13,363 nt of DNA from Thermoplasmatota archaeon (lineage in GTDB: Archaea; Thermoplasmatota; E2; DHVEG-1). Positions within the stretch are counted from its first letter, which is position 1. The number at the start of each line of letters is the position of its first letter. This document shows, in pieces, positions 1 to 6,504 of this stretch. Location: positions 1 through 13,363 of the forward strand of contig JARVGL010000035.1 of assembly GCA_029762575.1 (NCBI GenBank), given 5' to 3'. Position numbers and translations under genes: made by a program. Below the pieces are notes generated by a model. The model was not told the origin of the DNA. It saw nothing but the letters and a program-made list of their open reading frames with translations, and did not search any database.

Positions 1-543
1 ATATTGCAATTGTTTTTCAAGATAAAGATAGGTGTTTGTGGTCATGGTTTTTGTTGGTGGTATGATACCATATGTTTTTAGGAGCTTCATGATGTGGGTA
101 TCAATGATAGCATAGTGTAGGTATCCAATATTTCTTAGGAAGTGACTTGCTTCTTTATATCCTATTCCTTTTATGGATTGTATCAACCAGAGTCGGCGTT
201 GTTGTCCCTCCGTTGTTCTCAGTGCGTCTGGAATATTCTCTAGATGTTTTCTTGATGTTGTGATGTATTCTGCTCTAATATGTGGGAATCGGTAGCCGTG
301 TTGTTTGAGTTTTTTTGAGAGTGTCTCTGTTGAAGCAAGGAGAAAATCTTCTGAGAGGTGTTCTTGGATTTTCAAACAGAGACTTGCAGGGCAATTAGCG
401 GTGAGTATACAGTAGCAGAGTTCTTGAAAGAGAATATTGGGGGATGCATGTTGTAACAAGAGAAATGATTGTATCTTCCTAGATATTTGTGTTGATATCT
501 CTGTTTCTTTGATTTTTTTGATATCTGTTATGAGACGATTCAT
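1..543 (-). CDS. ogg: N-glycosylase/DNA lyase, archaeal Ogg2-type 8-oxoguanine DNA glycosylase. Partial: the gene runs off the left edge and roughly the last 25-30 aa are missing.
   Basis: Absent from the supplied ORF track because there is no stop codon in the window. Hand reverse-complement translation from ATG (543..541) gives 181 sense codons with no stop: MNRLITDIKKIKETEISTQISRKIQSFLLLQHASPNILFQELCYCILTANCPASLCLKIQEHLSEDFLLASTETLSKKLKQHGYRFPHIRAEYITTSRKHLENIPDALRTTEGQQRRLWLIQSIKGIGYKEASHFLRNIGYLHYAIIDTHIMKLLKTYGIIPPTKTMTTNTYLYLEKQLQY. The F.ELC.CILTAN block and the HhH-GPD block KGIGYKEASHFLRN.GY..AIID.HI (catalytic Lys/Asp region) match the Methanocaldococcus-type Ogg family as I recall it. 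Confidence 0.8.
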   Translation of the reverse strand, partial: MNRLITDIKKIKETEISTQISRKIQSFLLLQHASPNILFQELCYCILTANCPASLCLKIQEHLSEDFLLASTETLSKKLKQHGYRFPHIRAEYITTSRKHLENIPDALRTTEGQQRRLWLIQSIKGIGYKEASHFLRNIGYLHYAIIDTHIMKLLKTYGIIPPTKTMTTNTYLYLEKQLQY

Positions 544-582
544 TTCATGTTCCCGTTTCTTATTAATAAACCAAGAATCAAT

Positions 583-593
583 TAACAATGTTA
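583..593. promoter_or_regulatory. Near-palindrome TAACAATGTTA, just upstream of a TATA-like TTTATTAATAA (minus-strand reading of about 559..570) in front of ogg. Candidate operator.
   Basis: Read directly from the sequence. The TAACA / TGTTA half-sites also occur at 805..816 and 2985..3000. Confidence 0.25.
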
Positions 594-612
594 CTATAGT
601 TTTTTAGATTTT

Positions 613-681
613 GGAGAGCAAAAAGGTAAAGAAGTAAGGTGGGGTAAGAAGGCAATGAAAGAGGAAGGAGGAAAGGAGGGA
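613..681 (+). repeat. Polypurine (GA-rich) low-complexity tract. It includes a 25-nt pure purine run at 657..681 and is followed by T7 (684..690) and a pyrimidine-rich block.
   Basis: Read directly: ggagagcaaaaaggtaaagaagtaaggtggggtaagaaggcaatgaaagaggaaggaggaaaggaggga. GAGAGCAAA (614..622) is complementary to TTTGCTCTC (751..759). Confidence 0.6.
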
Positions 682-804
682 TGTTTTTTTCATTCTTTAT
701 TCTTTAGAAGACTTCTTCACCTTTTATTGATTTTATCTTCATGGTTCTTCTTTGCTCTCACCTTTCTGATTGTATGATCCTTGTCCCCGAAGATCACCAA
801 TCAT

Positions 805-816
805 TAACAATTGTTA
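805..816. promoter_or_regulatory. Perfect 12-bp palindrome TAACAATTGTTA in the ogg / HTH-regulator intergenic region. Candidate operator.
   Basis: Self-complementary when read on both strands. It lies next to an AT-rich TATA-like stretch (aattaatactatatataat, about 821..839). Confidence 0.3.
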
Positions 817-919
817 TTGTAATTAATACTATATATAATTTTTTATTTTTTGTCAATGGTTTATATATGAAATACTGATTTTTGTTTATTTGCAAGCAAT
901 TTTGAATCGTAAAAAAGAA

Positions 920-931
920 TAACGGCCGTTA
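920..931. promoter_or_regulatory. Perfect 12-bp palindrome TAACGGCCGTTA, 34-45 nt upstream of the regulator ATG. It overlaps or abuts a TATA-like GTTAATATTAAG. Candidate autoregulatory operator.
   Basis: Self-complementary. The outer TAAC/GTTA arms match the palindrome at 805..816. Confidence 0.3.
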
Positions 932-964
932 ATATTAAGTAGTTAAACGCATATTTAAAAAAAT

Positions 965-1306
965 ATGAAAGCGACACCATGCGAATTCATGATGTGGAAT
1001 GGACTACCGGTCATTCGACGTGAGATCGCAGAGAGTATGATACAGGATTACAAACTCAACCAAAAACAAGCTGCAGAAAAACTTGGCGTAACCCCTGCGG
1101 CGATATCACAATACATCTCAGGGAAGCGCGGTAAAGTTAAGATCATCGATGAAAAACTCCTCAAAGAGATCAACATTTCAGCAAAAAAGATCATTGAACA
1201 GGGAGAAAGCGCGGTCATCGGAGAAACATGCAGGATTTGCAAAATAATGAGAAAAAGTGGATTGTTCTCATTTTACTGCGATATGTGTACATTAATTAAA
1301 AAATAA
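965..1306 (+). CDS. Small archaeal HTH transcriptional regulator (COG2522-like) with a C-terminal CxxC-x12-CxxC cysteine cluster.
   Basis: 113-aa ORF. It has an N-terminal PCE...LPVIRREIAE motif and an HTH segment NQKQAAEKLGVTPAAISQYISGKRG, which fit the archaeal predicted-regulator family as I recall it. Cys residues are at positions 6, 89, 92, 105 and 108 (CRIC...CDMC, nt 1229..1288). Confidence 0.6.
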   Translation: MKATPCEFMMWNGLPVIRREIAESMIQDYKLNQKQAAEKLGVTPAAISQYISGKRGKVKIIDEKLLKEINISAKKIIEQGESAVIGETCRICKIMRKSGLFSFYCDMCTLIKK

Positions 1307-1322
1307 CGATATATGCTAGACC

Positions 1323-2942
1323 CTACTCCTTTGTTTGCATAGATTGTTTGGTCATGTCATCAAAAACGGAGATAGCTGCTGCGGCCCCTTCACCAACAGC
1401 CGTTACTATCTGACGGATACCTCCGGTTATATCCCCTGCTGCATAGATGCGAGGTATGATGGTTCGGCCAACCCTATCTATCTTGATAAAACCTGCTTCA
1501 TCCAAAGGGAGACCTATATCAACAGCTAGTTGATTAGCCGGTATTTCACCGATAGCCACGAACACTCCATCGACAAGTAGTTTTTCCTCCTTTTTGGACA
1601 CTGTATGGTGGATAGTAATGGATTGTACAGAGTTCGTACCAGATATTTTCTTTATCTTCGTATTGAATACGATCTTGATTCTTTCCCTGTTTACAGAATC
1701 CTGCAGTATATGTTCTGCTTGGAGATGACCCTCTCTATGGATGATTGTGACCCTTGCACCGATGGTATGAAGATATAATGCATCGGTAAGAGCGGTATTC
1801 CCACCACCGATAACAACCACATCTTTTCCTTTGAACAGATTTCCATCACATGTGGCGCAATAGCTTACTCCCCTTCCTGCGAAACGTTCTTCTCCTTCGC
1901 TCCCTAACTTTCGGTGTGATGCACCGGTTGCAAGTATCAACGCTTTTCCAAGGAATCGGTGTCTTGATGATACTGCTTCGATGTTCTTTCCTATCTTAAT
2001 CTCTTGGATGGCCTCATTTTCAAAAATCGTTACATAATCCCGAGCTTGCAAACCGATCATCTCCATCAACTGTTGACCGGGGATGTTCTTGAAACCAGGC
2101 CAGTTTTCCACAACTGGTGTTAGAAGGATCTGACCACCAACCACACCTTTTTCCACGACAACAACCTTTAAACCACTTCTTGAAGCATAGATCCCTGCGG
2201 TTAAACCTGCAGGCCCCGCGCCAACGATGATGACATCGGCACTAATAACCTCTTCATCACTCTGCTCGTCCACAACCTGTTGCTGCAATGATTTCATTTG
2301 GAGAAGTTCATCGATGAATAGATCTTCCGGTTCCAATCCTTTACTAATTGAAACATTATTGATGACCGTATGGGGTACCGCACCAACAAGGAATCTATCT
2401 GCAAGATCTGGGTGTTCTCCTGCATCGATACATTCAGCTGAGATCAGATCGGGTCGTTGGATAGCAGCTTTGAAACCATTGAGGACTTGACTGGGACAAT
2501 AAGGACACGAGAGGGTGACAAAAACCTGGATATGACGTTTTTCATTCAAAGCACCCAATGCTTCTCTATTTTTCTCTCTCATTCCACTATCTTCTTGAGA
2601 TGCCAAAAGAATTACATCAATGAATGAACGACCCTCCTCTCCTAAAGGGGCTCCCGTATATCGAATAGAATAGTTATCAGGTTGTATCAATATCGTTGGA
2701 GATCTATCCACTGAATATCTCTTAGATTCTTCATCACCGATATGATATTCTCTAACGACTATCTTATCAGAAAGCTCCTGTAGTTCACTCAGTAAATATA
2801 AGGTTATTTGATCTAGCTTACTTTCTTCATCTTTTCTAGTAAATACTGCGAGAACAACCTTTTCTTTTAAAGCTTTGAATCGATCCTTTATGACCTTTTT
2901 TGCTTCCTGGGGCAAAATCTTTTCATCAGGGGTATTCATCAA
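1323..2942 (-). CDS. Fusion oxidoreductase with AhpF-like domain order: an N-terminal PDO/glutaredoxin-like double thioredoxin fold (single CPYC site) and a C-terminal thioredoxin-reductase-type FAD flavoprotein.
   Basis: 539-aa ORF. Motifs seen, in order: N-terminal redox motif VTLSCPYCP; FAD motif VIIVGAGPAGLTAGIYASR; redox-active CATCDG; second dinucleotide fold VVVIGGGNTALTDALYL; C-terminal AAGDITGG..RQIVTAVGEGAAAA. The track start 2942 is TTG. The adjacent ATG at 2939 has GGTGGG (SD-like) just upstream and is the more likely start. Confidence 0.8.
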   Translation of the reverse strand: MMNTPDEKILPQEAKKVIKDRFKALKEKVVLAVFTRKDEESKLDQITLYLLSELQELSDKIVVREYHIGDEESKRYSVDRSPTILIQPDNYSIRYTGAPLGEEGRSFIDVILLASQEDSGMREKNREALGALNEKRHIQVFVTLSCPYCPSQVLNGFKAAIQRPDLISAECIDAGEHPDLADRFLVGAVPHTVINNVSISKGLEPEDLFIDELLQMKSLQQQVVDEQSDEEVISADVIIVGAGPAGLTAGIYASRSGLKVVVVEKGVVGGQILLTPVVENWPGFKNIPGQQLMEMIGLQARDYVTIFENEAIQEIKIGKNIEAVSSRHRFLGKALILATGASHRKLGSEGEERFAGRGVSYCATCDGNLFKGKDVVVIGGGNTALTDALYLHTIGARVTIIHREGHLQAEHILQDSVNRERIKIVFNTKIKKISGTNSVQSITIHHTVSKKEEKLLVDGVFVAIGEIPANQLAVDIGLPLDEAGFIKIDRVGRTIIPRIYAAGDITGGIRQIVTAVGEGAAAAISVFDDMTKQSMQTKE

Positions 2943-2984
2943 TTCCCACCATACAAATACGCTGGTACATTCGATATGAAAATT

Positions 2985-3000
2985 ATAACATATTTGTTAT
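2985..3000. promoter_or_regulatory. Inverted repeat ATAACA-TATT-TGTTAT in the promoter region of the TrxR-fusion gene. It overlaps TATA-like GTTATAATTTT on the minus strand. Candidate operator.
   Basis: Read directly as 6-4-6 dyad symmetry, 46-61 nt upstream of ATG 2939. The TAACA/TGTTA half-sites match those at 583..593 and 805..816. Confidence 0.3.
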
Positions 3001-3038
3001 ATTAAATCTGTTATCTTGATATTATGATCTCATGAGAT

Positions 3039-3797
3039 CTATCGGTACATATTGCTTGGAAGTGGTGGTGCGGTTGGTTTTGATTGCTCTAAGAATTTTC
3101 TAATCTTTTGTTCGATTTCATCTGCTTGTTCGTACAAAGGTTTCGCATCTATTTTGATACCTGGGAGCATGATATCAAGTTTTGTGACGATATTAGCTGC
3201 TGCACGGGAATCCGGATAATCTGCGTTAGCCTGAGCAAGAAGACAGATAGCATCCTGTTTCAACAAAGCCGCATTATACAAGAGAACACCAGTAACACCA
3301 GTTATCATACCTTCTTTTGTTTCTTTAATATCATATTTTTTTAACATCTCCTTCATCAACTTCGTGCTTGCAACACCAAAAACACGTACGTTTTTCTCAG
3401 AAATATCACCTTCAGCATGAGTTCCTTCAAGGGCTGTAATGATCCGACATCCTTTCTTTTTGGACCATGATAGAATTTCATTAACTAATGAGGTGATGAT
3501 CTCGTAAGGGGGCATAAATTCAGACATTATTACGGCTATCTGATCGCAAGAATCTTGAGGGCCACAGATCTTCTTCCCAGCATATATCCGTACAGGAGGC
3601 GAGGGATACCCATCATGGACTACAGCGGTTGGCATGAACTGGGAAGAGATGATTGCACCTATCTCCTTTAATCGTAATGATTGAACGATATGATGACCAG
3701 CAATGGAACTTATCAAACCTACCGTTGGAAAAGCGACAACCAGTAAACAATTAGATAGATCTATCTTTTTATACTCAATAATGGAAACATCAGACAT
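3039..3797 (-). CDS. PAC2-family protein (proteasome assembly chaperone 2-like; COG1938 type).
   Basis: 252-aa ORF. The N-terminal pattern LLVVAFPTVGLISSIAGHHIV..L.L.EIG.I.S..F.P..VV.DG...PPVRIY matches the archaeal PAC2 family as I recall it. AGGTGA lies 5 nt upstream of the ATG. Confidence 0.65.
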   Translation of the reverse strand: MSDVSIIEYKKIDLSNCLLVVAFPTVGLISSIAGHHIVQSLRLKEIGAIISSQFMPTAVVHDGYPSPPVRIYAGKKICGPQDSCDQIAVIMSEFMPPYEIITSLVNEILSWSKKKGCRIITALEGTHAEGDISEKNVRVFGVASTKLMKEMLKKYDIKETKEGMITGVTGVLLYNAALLKQDAICLLAQANADYPDSRAAANIVTKLDIMLPGIKIDAKPLYEQADEIEQKIRKFLEQSKPTAPPLPSNMYR

Positions 3798-3974
3798 TCA
3801 TTTCACCTATACGACCGTATTGTAACAGTTCCCATGATAAAACATTACCGTCTATAAAAGTAAGCATTTATACATGCATTTAATGTCATCAGATGGTACC
3901 GTCCGGTTTATTATTTCATAGAAAGAAAACTATTAATATTATAAATCTCTGTTCTATATATACTACCACTTAAA

Positions 3975-5603
3975 GTGACAATGGTGGAAAAAATGTCTCG
4001 AGCTATAAATCCAATTCACTCAAGAAAAAAACAAGTAATACTCATAACTGTTCTCCTTGTATCAACCCTTTTCTTCTTTCAGTCGGTCACAAGCGTTGAG
4101 AACGAAATGACCCTGCACGATCATATTAGATCCAAGAATAAAGATAAGATTGCAAGTTTAACCCTTACCGATCTTGATCCATTGGTCGATATTCATGTAA
4201 CCGTCGCCATCAAAGAGATCCATGCACTCGATGAAATCGATATCCATAGTGATCCTGATTTTTATGTCAAAATATTCATCAACGACGATCAATACACTAG
4301 TCCGGTGTGGAAGAATCAAAAATATATAACTGACCCACAGTGGTCCTGTACAAGTAATGTTCCTGATGACGAGGAATTCGTATGGATAACCATACAACTT
4401 TGGGATTGGAACATAGGCGTAGATACCCTATGTGATATCGCGGCAAACGATAATAGTAACGCAGATAGAAAGGACCTAACAGTTCTTTATAGCATCAAGA
4501 CCGGGCATTGGTATGGAGATGATATGGTGTATATACCACATTCTTGGTATATGGATCTTAGTGGGTATGGTCGTGGCAATGGATGTGATGACAACAGTAT
4601 TTACATAAAGGATAATGATTGTGAGATATGGTTTGATATCACACAAAACGACTATGATGGTGATGGGATACCATATTGGACAGAGACAGAGATATATCAT
4701 ACAGATCCAACAGTAGATGATAGAGGACGAGATGATGACAATGACGGTATCCCTATCGAATGGGAGCATAAGTGGGGTCATATGTTTGATTGGCAGTATG
4801 ATGAAGAAACCGAACAATGGAAACCAATCCATAGATGGTTCTACCACCCCTTCATATGGGATGATCATATGAATCTTGACCCCGATAACGATGGTCTAAC
4901 AAATTATGAGGAATATCTTACCTCACAATGGGGGTCAGATCCATTCAGAAAGGATTTATTCGTCGAACTTGACCAGATGCAAGCAGGCCCAGATGGGCAA
5001 CAACCAAGTATACTTCCCCAGGGGGCAAAGGACTTAATGAGGGACTCATTCAATCGACAAAACGTTGTCTTTCATCTTGATGATGGTACCTGGGAAGGCC
5101 AATCAGGATCAGACATGATCCCTTTTGCTGAAACTTCTACTTGGGAGCAGATTGATCAAATGTATCTAGATTATTTTCTACATAACGATGAAAATAACTG
5201 GCGGAGAGGAATCTTTCATCATGGCCTTGTCATCTATAATGCTGAATGGGCATGTGGGTTCTGCTTCAGACCTGATGCATTCCAGATATCTGTTGTCGGG
5301 ATGGAGAAAAAGGTTCGAAGCCCTATCTGTGGCAGTAGAGATGTCGTTTACGCCTCAGCTTATATGCATGAACTTGGACATAGTCTCGGATTGATGTTTC
5401 TAGGAGGGCATACCGAGGCTGCCTATTATCCTTGGCAGCCATTATGGTGGAAGTTCCGACCATATAAGAGTATCATGAACTACGGATATATGTACGGGTT
5501 TCTTCATGATCTTGTGGATTACTCTGATGGATCTAGAGGGAAAAACGATTTTGATGACTGGTCCAACCTTGATATGCATTATTTCCAATCATATTTCTCT
5601 TAA
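3975..5603 (+). CDS. Secreted or membrane-anchored zinc metalloprotease (metzincin-like). It has an N-terminal signal/anchor, a C2-like beta-sandwich module and TSP3-like DxDxDG calcium-binding repeats.
   Basis: 542-aa ORF.
- Hydrophobic N-terminal segment VILITVLLVSTLFFF.
- C2-like strings HALDEIDIHSDPDFYVKIFI and ITIQLWDWNIGVDTLCDI.
- Repeats DYDGDGIPYWTETEIYHTDP, DDDNDGIPIEWE and DPDNDGLTNYEEYLTSQWGSDP.
- Zinc site HELGHSLGL (nt 5367..5381), followed by a His at +10 and a Met-turn-like SIMNY.
- The track start is GTG. ATG 3981 or ATG 3993 (GGTG 6 nt upstream) are alternative starts. Confidence 0.6.
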   Translation: MTMVEKMSRAINPIHSRKKQVILITVLLVSTLFFFQSVTSVENEMTLHDHIRSKNKDKIASLTLTDLDPLVDIHVTVAIKEIHALDEIDIHSDPDFYVKIFINDDQYTSPVWKNQKYITDPQWSCTSNVPDDEEFVWITIQLWDWNIGVDTLCDIAANDNSNADRKDLTVLYSIKTGHWYGDDMVYIPHSWYMDLSGYGRGNGCDDNSIYIKDNDCEIWFDITQNDYDGDGIPYWTETEIYHTDPTVDDRGRDDDNDGIPIEWEHKWGHMFDWQYDEETEQWKPIHRWFYHPFIWDDHMNLDPDNDGLTNYEEYLTSQWGSDPFRKDLFVELDQMQAGPDGQQPSILPQGAKDLMRDSFNRQNVVFHLDDGTWEGQSGSDMIPFAETSTWEQIDQMYLDYFLHNDENNWRRGIFHHGLVIYNAEWACGFCFRPDAFQISVVGMEKKVRSPICGSRDVVYASAYMHELGHSLGLMFLGGHTEAAYYPWQPLWWKFRPYKSIMNYGYMYGFLHDLVDYSDGSRGKNDFDDWSNLDMHYFQSYFS

Positions 5604-5626
5604 ACCAACTACTAATAGTTCATATG

Positions 5627-5660
5627 AAAACCACAAGAGATGGTTTTGATAAGTTTTTTT
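5627..5660 (+). terminator. Hairpin (AAAACCA / TGGTTTT, 7 bp, 7-nt loop) followed by T7. Terminator-like element after the metalloprotease gene.
   Basis: Stem arms at 5627..5633 and 5641..5647 are exact complements. The T7 run is at 5654..5660. Confidence 0.35.
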
Positions 5661-5684
5661 AGGTAAATTATATGAACATCTTTT

Positions 5685-6332
5685 GTGTTTCAAGGGAAAA
5701 TTCAGGTAATTCATATGACACCGACAAAGAATTCAAAATCAGATACACATGCCAATGCTTTGACGACCACCTATGCTGAACCAGCGGCCTTAGGGTTGAT
5801 CGGTCTAGCGGTTGCTGCTCTTTTATTAGGGTCTGCAGATCTAGGTTTGACGGCGGCGCATTCGAAATCGTTGATGATCCCTTGGATATTGTTCTTTGGA
5901 GCAACCGCTCAATTGATAGCTGGTCTTGTTGAATTCAAAAGAAACAATGTTTTTGGTGCAACGGTATTTTCAACCTATGCGATGACGATGTATGCGATAG
6001 CACTCACACTGTTTATCACTATGTTTACAGATGTAACAACAGATATCAGTCATTATGCATATGGATTGATTGGCATACTCTTCTTTAGCCTGATAGCAAC
6101 AATCGCCTCACTATTAACAAACAAAGCATTGTTCAGCATATTGATTGCAGTTGATATAGCAGTCATTCTGCTCATCCCACATTATCTCTCAGGGTTCTCT
6201 GCAGTTCCAGCAGGAATCTTTCTGATGATAACCTCGGTCTTATCGTTTTATACTTCAACAGCGATACTTCTTAATACCATGACCGGGCGATGTATCCTTC
6301 CCTTAGGTGGCCCGATCTGGATACAAAAATAG
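5685..6332 (+). CDS. GPR1/FUN34/YaaH-family acetate (succinate-acetate/proton) channel, SatP-like.
   Basis: It aligns by eye along its length with E. coli YaaH/SatP as I recall it. AEPAALGLIGLAVAALLL matches ANPAPLGLMGFGMTTILL. FFGATAQLIAGLVEFKRNNVFGATVFSTY matches [29 protein letters not shown]. The C-terminal GRCILPLG matches GRTVLPIG. The track start 5685 is GTG. ATG 5715, preceded by CAGGTAA with a 7-nt spacer, is the more likely start. Confidence 0.8.
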   Translation: MFQGKIQVIHMTPTKNSKSDTHANALTTTYAEPAALGLIGLAVAALLLGSADLGLTAAHSKSLMIPWILFFGATAQLIAGLVEFKRNNVFGATVFSTYAMTMYAIALTLFITMFTDVTTDISHYAYGLIGILFFSLIATIASLLTNKALFSILIAVDIAVILLIPHYLSGFSAVPAGIFLMITSVLSFYTSTAILLNTMTGRCILPLGGPIWIQK

Positions 6333-6336
6333 ATCT

Positions 6337-6378
6337 GGATGCCACTAATGCATCCTGTCTTTTTTCTTTATTTCTTTT
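6337..6378 (+). terminator. Hairpin GGATGC-cactaat-GCATCC followed by a T-rich run (tgtcttttttctttatttctttt). Terminator-like element after the SatP-like gene.
   Basis: Stem arms at 6337..6342 and 6350..6355 are exact complements. A T6 run follows within 6 nt. Confidence 0.45.
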
Positions 6379-6504
6379 AATCACAAGAAAATCGATTACT
6401 TTTATAGAAGAATTAAATAATTTTTAATGTTCTGAGTTAGACACTAAAGTTTATATTATATAAGTGCCTATATTCATACGGGACAATTAAAAAAGGTATC
6501 AATA

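Noticed and set aside
613-763. The 9-bp terminal complementarity (GAGAGCAAA / TTTGCTCTC) as the inverted repeats of a MITE-like mobile element.
   Set aside because: No flanking target-site duplication is visible, no second copy with the same ends occurs in the window, and the complementarity may simply follow from the purine-block/pyrimidine-block composition. It is reported only as a low-interest structural oddity.
965-1306. An alternative leaderless start at the internal Met-Met (ATG 989), suggested by the TATA-like ATATTTAAAAAAA at 949..962.
   Set aside because: It would remove the N-terminal PCE motif, which I recall as conserved in this regulator family. ATG 965 is retained, with start-site uncertainty acknowledged.
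1323-2942. Calling the fusion protein AhpF (alkyl hydroperoxide reductase subunit F).
   Set aside because: The domain order is AhpF-like. However, the redox motifs are CPYC and CATCDG rather than the AhpF-typical motifs I recall, and no AhpC gene is adjacent. It is kept as a PDO/Grx-like plus TrxR fusion.
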